Positions 21,063-30,286 of a stretch of 64,000 bases of DNA are shown here, in pieces. The stretch covers positions 1 through 64,000 of the forward strand of contig JBBDYA010000121.1 of assembly GCA_040902005.1 (NCBI GenBank). Direction: 5' to 3'. Source of the stretch: Gemmatimonadaceae bacterium (lineage in GTDB: Bacteria > Gemmatimonadota > Gemmatimonadetes > Gemmatimonadales > Gemmatimonadaceae). The translations under genes and the position numbers were made by a program. Below the pieces are notes generated by a model. That model was given only the letters and a program-made list of their open reading frames with translations. It made no database searches and was not told where the DNA came from. Numbering within the stretch: position 1 is the stretch's first letter; the number at the start of each line of letters is the position of its first letter.

Positions 21063-22634
21063 ATGCGCCTCAAGCTCACCAGCGCGGACAACCTCCAGAC
21101 CTTCGAGCTCAAGACCGGCGTTGTGCAGGTCGTTGGTCGTGCGCCAACGAGCGACATCCCCGTGTTCGATCCGACGATCTCGCGGCGGCACGCCGAGCTG
21201 ACGACGGACGACAAGGAGCTGTACGTCAAGGACCTGGGATCCAGCAACGGCACCTTTCTGAACGGCTCCCGGGTCGAAAGCTGCTCGGTGCACGTGGGCG
21301 ACACCATCACGTTCGGGAAAGTTCCATTCAAGCTGCAGCAGGTGGGCGCTCCCGCCGCAGCGGCCGGGATCAAGGACGCGCCAGCGGGCGCGACGATCGT
21401 GCGGCAGCTCCCCGTCAGGAACACGCCCGGAAGCGCCTTCGCCGCAATCAAATCCGGCGAACAGGCCGCGGTCTCGACCGCGGAAGACAAGGTGCAGCAG
21501 AAGCTGACCACGCTGCTCGAGGTGTCCAAGGAGCTCGGCAAGGCGATCAATCCCGACGCCATGCTCGAGAAGATCGTGCAGAAGGCGTACGAGATCCTGA
21601 CGGTGGACCGCGTCGCGATTCAGCTGATGGACGAGAGTGGCACCCTCGTCACCAAGATCGCGCGCGACAAGCGTGGCGCCGAGCAGCAGCGCGCCGTGCC
21701 GCAGTCCATCGCGCGGGCAGCGGTGGCGGACAAGGTGGCCATCCTCTCCGACAACGCGGGCGAGGATCAACGCTTCGGCGGCCAGTCGATCCTGATGCAG
21801 CAGGTGCGGTCGGCCGTCTGCGTGCCCCTGATGGGGGGCGAGGACCGGGTGCTGGGCGTCATCTACGTGGACAATGTGTCGTCCTCGCACCGGTTCACCG
21901 AGGACGATCTGAACTTCGTCGTCGCCTTCTCCGGCATCGCCGCCGTCGCCATCGAGAACAGCCAGTTTGCCGAGCGCATCCAGACCGAAATGCTCAAGCG
22001 CAGCAATTTCGAGCGCTACTTCACCCCGCAGCTCGCGCAGCGAATCGCCAGTTCCGAGGGCGCCACGCGCCTGGGCGGCGACAAGCGTGAAGTCACCGTG
22101 CTGTTCTCCGACATTCGCGGTTTCACGGCGCTCTCGGAGACGATGCCACCGAGCGACATGGCCACGCTGCTCACGGACTACTTCACCGAAATGGTGGACT
22201 GCGTGTTCCGCAACGAGGGCACGCTGGACAAGTTCATCGGGGACTCGGTCATGGCCCAGTGGGGAGCACCGATTGGCAGCCGCGAGGATCCCGACAAGGC
22301 GATGCAGGCGGCGATCGAGATGATGCAGGAACTGGAGAAACTCAACACGAAGTGGCGCTCGGAGGGGCGGCCCGAACTCCAGATCGGCATCGGACTGAAT
22401 TTCGGGGAAGCGTTCGCGGGGAACATCGGCTCGGAGCGACGCCTGGAGTACACGGTCATCGGCGACACGGTGAATACCGCGAGCCGCCTGTGTTCGGCGG
22501 CGGGGGGGGGCGAGATCCTGATCTCCGATGAAATGCGTCGGGCGCTGTCGATGAAAGTGAAGTTGGTGGAGTGCCCGCCCATGGAGCTCAAGGGCAAGAG
22601 CCAGCCCGTGCCGGTCTATCGCGTCACGTACTGA
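21063..22634 (+). CDS. FHA-GAF-class III adenylate cyclase
   Basis: FHA (VGR, ISRRHA, DLGSSNGT), GAF region, cyclase motifs LFSDIRGFT, DKFIGD, YTVIGDTVNTASRL. Confidence 0.92.
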   Translation: MRLKLTSADNLQTFELKTGVVQVVGRAPTSDIPVFDPTISRRHAELTTDDKELYVKDLGSSNGTFLNGSRVESCSVHVGDTITFGKVPFKLQQVGAPAAAAGIKDAPAGATIVRQLPVRNTPGSAFAAIKSGEQAAVSTAEDKVQQKLTTLLEVSKELGKAINPDAMLEKIVQKAYEILTVDRVAIQLMDESGTLVTKIARDKRGAEQQRAVPQSIARAAVADKVAILSDNAGEDQRFGGQSILMQQVRSAVCVPLMGGEDRVLGVIYVDNVSSSHRFTEDDLNFVVAFSGIAAVAIENSQFAERIQTEMLKRSNFERYFTPQLAQRIASSEGATRLGGDKREVTVLFSDIRGFTALSETMPPSDMATLLTDYFTEMVDCVFRNEGTLDKFIGDSVMAQWGAPIGSREDPDKAMQAAIEMMQELEKLNTKWRSEGRPELQIGIGLNFGEAFAGNIGSERRLEYTVIGDTVNTASRLCSAAGGGEILISDEMRRALSMKVKLVECPPMELKGKSQPVPVYRVTY

Positions 22635-23383
22635 TGGTGCCATCGGGGTATGAGCGGCTGCTGGTTGGACACGCAGTCGCCATCGCCCGCGCGGACGCCG
22701 TTCCCGGCATCCGCCGCGCGCTGATCGGCGCGGACGGAACGCGCTCCACGCTGCACGAGTACGCCTCTCGCCAGATCGGCGCGCGCGCGCTCGCGGGGCG
22801 GCGTCCGGCATACGCCATCGCCCTGCCCGAGAGCACCCTGCGCGTCGTGGTGCGCCACAACCAGCATGGCGGCGCGTTTCGGGCGCTCACGAGGGACCGG
22901 TTTTTCTCGCCCACCCGCGCGCCGTATGAACTGACGGTCTCGCTCGAGCTGCGCAAACTCGGTGTCCCCACGCCCGACGTCGTGGCGTACGTCCTGTATC
23001 CGCCCGGGCAACTGCTCCAGCGCTGCGACGTGGCTTCGCGCGAAATCCCCGACGGCCGCGACCTCGCCGGGATCCTGATGTCCGACGGCCAGACCGAACG
23101 CGCCGCAGCGCTCGCGGCCACCGCGCGGCTCGTGGCCTCGCTCTCCGGCGTGGGCGCCCGGCACCACGACCTGAACGCGAAAAACGTCCTCGTCACGCTC
23201 GACGCGGCCTACATCCTGGACGTGGACCGGATGACCCTGGGGGGCAGCGCCGAGGACGCACTGCGGGGAAATCTGGCCCGGCTGTCGCGATCGCTCCGGC
23301 GGTGGCGAGACCGGTTCGGCGCCAGGATCACGGAGGACGACATCTCGGACCTGGCCGCCGTCGCGCGGGGCGCAGGGGACTAG
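22634..23383 (+). CDS. lipopolysaccharide kinase, KdkA/InaA-like
   Basis: VVRHNQHGG, GVPTP, HHDLNAKNVL, ILDVD, NLARLSRSL; TGATG overlap with the cyclase gene. Confidence 0.78.
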   Translation: MVPSGYERLLVGHAVAIARADAVPGIRRALIGADGTRSTLHEYASRQIGARALAGRRPAYAIALPESTLRVVVRHNQHGGAFRALTRDRFFSPTRAPYELTVSLELRKLGVPTPDVVAYVLYPPGQLLQRCDVASREIPDGRDLAGILMSDGQTERAAALAATARLVASLSGVGARHHDLNAKNVLVTLDAAYILDVDRMTLGGSAEDALRGNLARLSRSLRRWRDRFGARITEDDISDLAAVARGAGD

Positions 23384-24150
23384 AGCGGCCGGCGGTACGC
23401 GACGATCGAGGTCTTGTGGACATGCACCAGGGGCAGTTCACGCGATAACCGGTTGAGCCCCTTGAACACGCCGGGCACGCGGTGCCCCTTGTAGTCGTGC
23501 CAGAGCACGAGCCCGCCGGGCTTCACCAGCCGGAGCGCCTTGCGCGAGTCACTGAGCACGTAGGACAGGGCGTGGGAGCCGTCCACGAAGACCACATCGC
23601 ACTGGCCCATCCACGGCGTCTCGTCAAATGTCTTGCTGTCGCCGTAGAGCTGCGTGACCTTGTGCGCGACCGAAGTGCCGGAGTAGTAAAATTGATCGAA
23701 CGCCGATTCCTCGAGCGCCACGCGAGTCTCCGCGGCCGAATCCCCCGGTTCCCGCTTGTAGTCGTTGAACTCTCCCGGCTTGAGCGTGAGCGTGATGACC
23801 TTCGCGTCCGGCGGAGCGTTGCGCGCCCACAGGTAGGTCGTGCGACCGGTGCACGTGCCGAACTCGAACAGCACCTGCGCCTTCTTGCTCAGCACCGCGA
23901 GAATCCACGCCTCTGCGTCGCTCGTCGCGCCGGGCACCATCATCGTGTCGGCCCCGGCCACCAGATTCACCTCGGTCTCCAGCGTCGGCCCGCGCGCCTC
24001 CTGGCGAAACACGGGATCCAGCGCCGAGACGCTGACCTTCCTGATCGGCCAGTTGCCCAGGATCCCGCGCTGCTTGCGCTTGGCGCGCTCGAACAGGTAT
24101 CCGTGGACCGCCGCCAACAGTAGCACGAGCAAGGTGATCGTGAGCCACAT
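23380..24150 (-). CDS. class I SAM-dependent methyltransferase with N-terminal membrane anchor
   Basis: FEFGTCTGRTT, GDS, FVDGSH, GGLVLWHDY. Confidence 0.87.
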   Translation of the reverse strand: MWLTITLLVLLLAAVHGYLFERAKRKQRGILGNWPIRKVSVSALDPVFRQEARGPTLETEVNLVAGADTMMVPGATSDAEAWILAVLSKKAQVLFEFGTCTGRTTYLWARNAPPDAKVITLTLKPGEFNDYKREPGDSAAETRVALEESAFDQFYYSGTSVAHKVTQLYGDSKTFDETPWMGQCDVVFVDGSHALSYVLSDSRKALRLVKPGGLVLWHDYKGHRVPGVFKGLNRLSRELPLVHVHKTSIVAYRRPL

Positions 24151-25250
24151 CAGAGCCACCCCTTGGCAGGTCCCATTTCCGTAATCAGTTCATCGAGCAC
24201 GGCAACGACTCGCTCCGCCGTCAACCCCGGCTCCAGCCGTCTCGCGACGTCACCGAATGCAATTTTCCCCGGAGTCTGGAAAGGCACCCACGCATGCGTG
24301 TTCCTCCGCATCAACGCAAGCGTGGGCGTCTGGAACGCGGACGCCACGTGCGTGATCGCGGTATCCGGGGTGATGACGAGGTCGGCGGTGGCGACGGTCG
24401 CCACGACTTCGCTGAACGTTAGCGGAATCGCCGCGCCCCGCACGGGCCGCGCGAGGTCATCGGCCACCGCCTGCTCGTGGGGCATCGCGGTGAGCATGAT
24501 GGTCGCGTTGGGCAAGCGCGCACGGAGTCGGGCAAGCACGGGCGCGTAGCGTTCATGACGCCAGTACCGCTCGGGGTGCCCGACGGAGATGTTCACGAGC
24601 ACCCGGGGCCGCCCCACGCCGACTGCCGTCCACGCGCGCTCGGCCGCCGCGCGCTCCGCAGGACTAACCGGCAGCCTGGCGCGCCAGTCCCGCTGATGCG
24701 GGTCCACGCCGAACGGTTGTGCCAGCACGGCGAGTTGTTCCCCGATCGACGACGGCGCGGCGGGATCGACCTTGATGGTGTACACGCGATCGTTGCGCCT
24801 GCCTCCAATGCCAATCCGCCATCGGGCGCCAGTGCCGAGCAGCAGCAGCGTGGTGTGCGTATCCACGTTGCTCAGGATCCCGCGTCCGTCGACTACCACG
24901 TCATAGCGGCGACGACGCAGCAGGCGGCCGGTACGCCACGCCTCGTGCAGTCCGCCCCGCCTGCGGTGGACCACCACGTCGGTCAGGAATGGCAGCGTGC
25001 GCGCGAAGGCCGCATTCTGCGGCGAGCCGAGCAGGTCGATGGTGAAGCCGGGAGACGCGTCCCGGATGGCCCGCAGGAGTTCCATCGAGAGGATCAGGTC
25101 GCCGATCCCGTCATCCCGGACGAAGAGGATGCGGTAGGGACGTGCGCGCCAGTCCGGAATCGCCTCACGACGGGGGCCACCCGACAGATAGACCAGCAGA
25201 ATCTGGCCGATCGAGCGCACGAAAAACTCGATGTGCTGAAGGAAGCGCAC
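24150..25250 (-). CDS. glycosyltransferase family 9 (heptosyltransferase-like)
   Basis: RDDGIGDLIL, ADLVITPDTAITHVASA. Confidence 0.88.
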   Translation of the reverse strand: MRFLQHIEFFVRSIGQILLVYLSGGPRREAIPDWRARPYRILFVRDDGIGDLILSMELLRAIRDASPGFTIDLLGSPQNAAFARTLPFLTDVVVHRRRGGLHEAWRTGRLLRRRRYDVVVDGRGILSNVDTHTTLLLLGTGARWRIGIGGRRNDRVYTIKVDPAAPSSIGEQLAVLAQPFGVDPHQRDWRARLPVSPAERAAAERAWTAVGVGRPRVLVNISVGHPERYWRHERYAPVLARLRARLPNATIMLTAMPHEQAVADDLARPVRGAAIPLTFSEVVATVATADLVITPDTAITHVASAFQTPTLALMRRNTHAWVPFQTPGKIAFGDVARRLEPGLTAERVVAVLDELITEMGPAKGWL

Positions 25251-25271
25251 GGCGCGTGGAGGGGCGGGAAC

Positions 25272-25550
25272 TCAGGCCTTCGGCGACTCGCTACGATACT
25301 GCGGATCGTTGTACATCTTGAACTGCCGATAGACCTTCGGCGCCACGCGTGCCCCGGCGATGTCGGAGACCAGCGCCGCAAGCTCGGACGCCAGATCGTT
25401 ACGCTGATCGCGCAGCACGTCGAGCCGCGACTCGCACCTCGCGCGGAACTCGGCCGTCACGTCGTCGCGCCGCGCCTGCTCGCGCATGTGAAAGATCTTG
25501 AGCTCGATGATGGTGATCTTGTCCACCAGCCAGCCGACCGTTTCAGCCAC
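25272..25550 (-). CDS. DUF4254-like protein, C-terminal half
   Basis: [20 protein letters not shown] and [11 protein letters not shown], recalled as the DUF4254 C-terminal motifs. Confidence 0.75.
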   Translation of the reverse strand: MAETVGWLVDKITIIELKIFHMREQARRDDVTAEFRARCESRLDVLRDQRNDLASELAALVSDIAGARVAPKVYRQFKMYNDPQYRSESPKA

Positions 25551-25779
25551 TCGCGCCCCCCCCTCCCGCCCCGGGGCCGCCTTCGCGTTTCACGAGGTCG
25601 CGAAACTCCTCGTCGATGCGCTCGATCAGGTCATTGCGCCGCTGATTCAACCGGTCCACGTTGCGCTTGGCCGCGGCGACCTGGTGGTCGTCGGTGACGC
25701 GCGCTTTGTCTTCCTCGTGCCAGAGCTCGATGTTCGTCATCGCGAGGTGCGAGACGAGGTCCCCCAGAGTGTCCGCCAT
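25543..25779 (-). CDS. DUF4254-like protein, N-terminal half
   Basis: LWHEEDKAR...[19 protein letters not shown], recalled as the DUF4254 N-terminal motifs. Confidence 0.75.
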   Translation of the reverse strand: MADTLGDLVSHLAMTNIELWHEEDKARVTDDHQVAAAKRNVDRLNQRRNDLIERIDEEFRDLVKREGGPGAGGGGASG

Positions 25780-25816
25780 ATGGGCGGAATATACGTTCGC
25801 CTAGTTTTCCCATCCA

Positions 25817-26842
25817 ATGTCCGATCCCAGACTGGACCGCATCGCCATCGTCCTGCTGAGCGCGATTGGGGATGCGGTGCACGTCCTTCCCGCGGTTACC
25901 GCGCTCAAGCGTCATGCTCCACGTTCGCGGATCAGCTGGTTTCTCTCCTCCGGGCCTGCCTCGCTCGTGCGCGGCCACCCCGGAGTGGATGAGATCATCG
26001 CCTTCGATCCGCGACGCGGCGCCCGCGCGTGGTTCGACATGCGACGGCAGCTGCGCGCACGCGCGTTCGACGTCGTGCTGGATTTCCAGGTGGCCATCAA
26101 GGCGGGGCTGCTGACATCCCTGCTGCGCGCGCCCGTGAAGATCGGGTTCGATCGCGCGCGGGCGCGTGATCTCAACTGGCTGTTCACCAACCGGCGCATC
26201 CCGGCGCGCGCGAATCAACACGTGCAGGATCAATACTTCGAGTTCCTCGAGTACCTGGGCGTTCCGACGTCACCCGTGGAGTGGAATCTGGGCCCCTGGC
26301 CCGGCGAGTCGGGACTGATGCGCTCCGTCATCGAGTCGGCGCAGCGCCCGATGGTGTCCATCGCCATCGCATCCAGCCGGAAAGAGAAGGACTGGCCCCC
26401 TGACCGGTGGGTGCCGGTCATCGACACGCTCCAGGAGCGCTACGGAACGCGCGTGGTGCTGGTGGGCGGACGCTCGGACTCCGAACTGCGCGCGGAGCAA
26501 GTGATCCTGGACGGCGTCAGGGAGCGGCCGCTGTCGACCCTGGGCTGCACCCTGCGCGAACTGGTCGCAGTGCTCCACGCGTCCGCGCTGGTCATCTCCA
26601 CGGATTCCGCGCCGATGCACATGGCCGTCGCGCTCGGCGTGCCGGTGATCGGACTGTTCGGTATGACGGACCCGCGCCGCACCGGACCCTACCGCGCATC
26701 ACAGCAGCTGATCGTGAACGCGTACCGCGACCCCGGCGACGGAGACGCCATCCTCATGGAAAAGCGGTACGGCCGGATGCCGCGGATCGATGTAGAGGAT
26801 GTGCTCGCGAAGGTGGCACTCTGGCATTCGTCGCGCCGATGA
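25817..26842 (+). CDS. glycosyltransferase family 9 (heptosyltransferase)
   Basis: LSAIGDAVH, KDWP, ISTDSAPMHMAVA. Confidence 0.92.
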   Translation: MSDPRLDRIAIVLLSAIGDAVHVLPAVTALKRHAPRSRISWFLSSGPASLVRGHPGVDEIIAFDPRRGARAWFDMRRQLRARAFDVVLDFQVAIKAGLLTSLLRAPVKIGFDRARARDLNWLFTNRRIPARANQHVQDQYFEFLEYLGVPTSPVEWNLGPWPGESGLMRSVIESAQRPMVSIAIASSRKEKDWPPDRWVPVIDTLQERYGTRVVLVGGRSDSELRAEQVILDGVRERPLSTLGCTLRELVAVLHASALVISTDSAPMHMAVALGVPVIGLFGMTDPRRTGPYRASQQLIVNAYRDPGDGDAILMEKRYGRMPRIDVEDVLAKVALWHSSRR

Positions 26843-27879
26843 CGCCGCTCGACCGTGTGGGCATCGTGATGTTGAGCACTGCCGGTGGTGCCGTCTGGAC
26901 GCTTCCGCTGCTCACCGCGATCAAGCGCGCGCACCCCGCGGCGCGGATTTCCTGGATCATGCAGCCGGGAGCCGCTGCACTGGTACAGGGCCATGCCGCC
27001 GTGGACGAGATCATCGCCTTCGATCGCGGACTCGGCGTGCGGGGGTACCTCGACCTGCGACGGCGAACGGCCGGCCGCCGGTTCGATACGCTGCTGGTGC
27101 TGCAGACCTACCTGAAGGCGGGCATCGTGGCGTCCCTGGTGCCCGCCGCGGTGAAGCTCGGGTTCGATCGCGGGCGCGCGCGCGACCTGAGCTGGCTGTT
27201 CACCAATCGGAAGCTCCCGGCGCGTGCGCCGCGCCACGTCCAGGATCAATACCTGGAGTTCCTCGACGCCATCGGCGTGCCCGCCGAGCCCGTGGTGTAC
27301 GACCTGGGCCCCTGGAGCGACGAGCGGCCATGGCAGCGGGAGTTCTTCGCGTCGTTCGAGCGACCGGCGGTCGCGATGGTCGTGGCGACGACGAAGCCGG
27401 AGAAAGACTGGATGCCGGAGCGCTGGGCTGAGGTATCCGATGCCCTCTGGCACGACTTCGGTCTGGAGCCAGTGATCGTCGGCGGCCGCAGCGAGCGCGA
27501 GGTGCACGCGGAGCGCGTCATCGGCTCCCTCGCGCGCCACACGCCGAGGTCGGCGCTGGGGAGCGGACTGCGAAGGTTGCTGTGCATTCTCGACGGCAGC
27601 GTGCTCACGATCTCACCCGACACGGGGCCGCTGCACATGGCGGTGGCCATCGAACGCCCGGTGGTGAGCCTGTTCGGGTACACGAATCCCGGGCGCACCG
27701 GCCCGTACGGGCGATACCATGATCTCCTGGTGGACGCGTATGGCGATGCGGGCGAGGCCTACCCGGCGAGCGCCGGTCCCAGGCCCGGGCGCATGGCGCG
27801 GATCCAGGTGCGCGACGTGCTCGATCGCGTGGAGCGCTGGAAGCGGAGCTACGCCACCTCCAGTGCGCCGAAGGTGTAG
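26839..27879 (+). CDS. glycosyltransferase family 9, tandem paralog of the upstream gene
   Basis: ATGA overlap; shares GFDRxRARDL.WLFTN and HVQDQY with the upstream gene; ISPDTGPLHMA. Confidence 0.9.
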   Translation: MTPLDRVGIVMLSTAGGAVWTLPLLTAIKRAHPAARISWIMQPGAAALVQGHAAVDEIIAFDRGLGVRGYLDLRRRTAGRRFDTLLVLQTYLKAGIVASLVPAAVKLGFDRGRARDLSWLFTNRKLPARAPRHVQDQYLEFLDAIGVPAEPVVYDLGPWSDERPWQREFFASFERPAVAMVVATTKPEKDWMPERWAEVSDALWHDFGLEPVIVGGRSEREVHAERVIGSLARHTPRSALGSGLRRLLCILDGSVLTISPDTGPLHMAVAIERPVVSLFGYTNPGRTGPYGRYHDLLVDAYGDAGEAYPASAGPRPGRMARIQVRDVLDRVERWKRSYATSSAPKV

Positions 27880-28439
27880 CGCAGGCCGAGGCGCGCGAAT
27901 AGTCGCACCAGCAGTTGCAGCGGCAACCCCATCACCGCGAAGTAATCGCCAGCCACGCGCCGGACGATCGTCGCGCCGAATCCCTGGATGCCGTACGCGC
28001 CCGCCTTGTCCATTGGCTCCCGGGTCGCGATGTAGCGGGCGATGTCCTCGTCGGTCAGCTCGTGGAAGGTCACTTCCACCTCCTCGACTGCGGACTCCAC
28101 CCGCGCGTCCGTCGCGACGGCAATCGACGTGATCACCGTGTGGGTGCGTCCACTAAGCCGGCGGAGCATGCGCGCGGCATCCGCATCGGTCGCCGGCTTT
28201 CCGAGGACCTCGCCATCGATCACCACGATGGTGTCGCTCCCGATCGTCACGGCGCCGGGTTCGGCGCCCTGGGACGCCTTCTCCCGCGCCAGGCGTTCGG
28301 CATGCGCCCGCGGCTCCTCCCCCGGCAGGTAGCGCTCGTCGATGGCAGTCGGCCGCACCTCGTGCGCGATCCCGATCAGCGTGAGGAGCTCACGGCGGCG
28401 TGGTGACTGGGACGCCAGGATGACGCGCGCACCGCTCAT
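27849..28439 (-). CDS. maf: Maf family nucleoside triphosphate pyrophosphatase
   Basis: ILASQSPRRRELL, GSDTIV, DKAGAYGIQG. Confidence 0.95.
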   Translation of the reverse strand: MSGARVILASQSPRRRELLTLIGIAHEVRPTAIDERYLPGEEPRAHAERLAREKASQGAEPGAVTIGSDTIVVIDGEVLGKPATDADAARMLRRLSGRTHTVITSIAVATDARVESAVEEVEVTFHELTDEDIARYIATREPMDKAGAYGIQGFGATIVRRVAGDYFAVMGLPLQLLVRLFARLGLRYTFGALEVA

Positions 28440-30268
28440 TCCACCGTGACCGACTTCGCCAGATTGCGGGGCTGGTCCACGTCCAGGCCACGCTTGGCCG
28501 CGATATAGTAGGCCAGCAGCTGGAGCGGGATCGCCGCCAGGATGGGGTAGAGCATGTCGAGCGTTTCGGGAATCCGGAATTCGAAATCCATTTTTCCCGC
28601 AAGCGAGGGTTCCTCACGACTGGTGAGGGCGATCACCTGCCCGCCGCGCGCCTTCACCTCCTGCACGTTCGACACCACCTTGTCGAACACCGAATCGTGC
28701 GGCGCGATGAAGACCACCGGCATGTTCTCGTCGATCAACGCGATGGGACCATGCTTCATTTCCGCGGCGGGGTATCCCTCCGCGTGGATGTAGCTGATCT
28801 CCTTCAGCTTGAGCGCGCCCTCGAGCGCAACGGGGAAATTGTAGCCGCGGCCAAGGTAGAGGAAATTCGTGGCGTCCTTGAATCGCTCGGCGATCGACTC
28901 GATCTCTGCCGCGCGGTCGAGGATGGACTGGATCTGGGCGGGCAGCTCCATCATCGCCTGCGCGAGTTCGCGGCCGCGCACCACGGACATGCTCCGCAGT
29001 CGTCCCAGTTTGAGCGTCAGGAGGGCGAGCGCGATCACCTGGCTGGTGAATGCCTTGGTGCTCGCGACGCCGATTTCCGGCCCCGCGTGGAGGTAGATGC
29101 CGCCGTCATCCTCGCGCGCGATGGTCGATCCGACGACGTTCACGAGGCCGAGCGTCTTGGCGCCGCGGCGTTTCGCTTCCCGCATGGCCGCGAGCGTGTC
29201 CGCCGTCTCGCCGGATTGCGAGATGACCACGCACAGGGTGCGCGGCGTCACGATGGGATTCCGGTACCGGAACTCGGACGCGTATTCCGTCTCCGTATGC
29301 AGCCGCGCATGCTCCTCGATCATCATTTCGCCGATGAGCCCCGAATGCCAGCTCGTGCCGCACGCGGTGATGACGATGTGATCGATGTTGAGCAAGTCCT
29401 CCTTCGAGAGGTTGAGGCCACCCAGCTTGGAAAACCCCTCGTCGAGCACCAAACGGCCGCGCATGGTGTTCTGTATGGTCTGCGGCTGCTCGAAGATCTC
29501 CTTGAGCATGAAGTGGTCGAAGCCGCCCTTCTCGATCTGATCGAGATCCCAATCGATGCGACTCACCCCTTTCCGGACGCGGCGGGCGTTGAGGTCGCGC
29601 ACCTCGTAGCCGTTCCGCGTCAGCACGGCCATCTCGCCGTCGTCGAGGTACACGACCTGGCGCGTGTGCTCCAGGATCGCCGCGACGTCGCTCGCCACGA
29701 ACAGTTCGTTCTCGCCGAGTCCCAGCAGCAGCGGACTCCCCTTGCGGGCGCAGACGATCTTCTCCGGGTCGCGCGTGGAGACGACGGCGATGCCATACGT
29801 CCCTTCCATGAGGCGCAGGGCATCCATCACGGCGTCCTCCAGCGGCTCCCCCCCCTCGGACGCCGCCTCGATGAGGTGCGCGAGCACCTCGGTGTCCGTC
29901 TCGGAGACGAACGTGTGGCCGCGGGACTCGAGCTCGCGGCGCAGCGACGTGGCGTTCTCGATGATGCCGTTGTGCACGACCGCGATCGAGTTGCTGCAAT
30001 CGTGATGCGGGTGCGCGTTGCATTCGTTGGGCGCGCCATGCGTCGCCCAGCGCGTGTGACCGATGCCGATCGAACCGTGCATCGGTGATGCGGCCAGCAT
30101 GGACTCGAGATTGACGATCTTCCCCGCCGCCTTGCGCATCTCCAGCCCGTTGCCGTTGAGCGTCGCAATTCCGGCGGAGTCATAGCCACGATACTCCAGA
30201 CGCTTCAGGCCGTCGACCAGCATGGGCGTGGCCGTCTTCAGGCCGATGTACCCAACGATTCCGCACAT
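28436..30268 (-). CDS. glmS: glutamine--fructose-6-phosphate aminotransferase
   Basis: MCGIVG, GHTRWATHG, SQSGETAD, PRNLAKSVTVE. Confidence 0.99.
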   Translation of the reverse strand: MCGIVGYIGLKTATPMLVDGLKRLEYRGYDSAGIATLNGNGLEMRKAAGKIVNLESMLAASPMHGSIGIGHTRWATHGAPNECNAHPHHDCSNSIAVVHNGIIENATSLRRELESRGHTFVSETDTEVLAHLIEAASEGGEPLEDAVMDALRLMEGTYGIAVVSTRDPEKIVCARKGSPLLLGLGENELFVASDVAAILEHTRQVVYLDDGEMAVLTRNGYEVRDLNARRVRKGVSRIDWDLDQIEKGGFDHFMLKEIFEQPQTIQNTMRGRLVLDEGFSKLGGLNLSKEDLLNIDHIVITACGTSWHSGLIGEMMIEEHARLHTETEYASEFRYRNPIVTPRTLCVVISQSGETADTLAAMREAKRRGAKTLGLVNVVGSTIAREDDGGIYLHAGPEIGVASTKAFTSQVIALALLTLKLGRLRSMSVVRGRELAQAMMELPAQIQSILDRAAEIESIAERFKDATNFLYLGRGYNFPVALEGALKLKEISYIHAEGYPAAEMKHGPIALIDENMPVVFIAPHDSVFDKVVSNVQEVKARGGQVIALTSREEPSLAGKMDFEFRIPETLDMLYPILAAIPLQLLAYYIAAKRGLDVDQPRNLAKSVTVE

Positions 30269-30286
30269 ATCCGTGTTCCTCGGTGT

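Noticed and set aside
30269..30286. glmS ribozyme
   Set aside because: Only 18 nt separate glmM and glmS, leaving no room for it.
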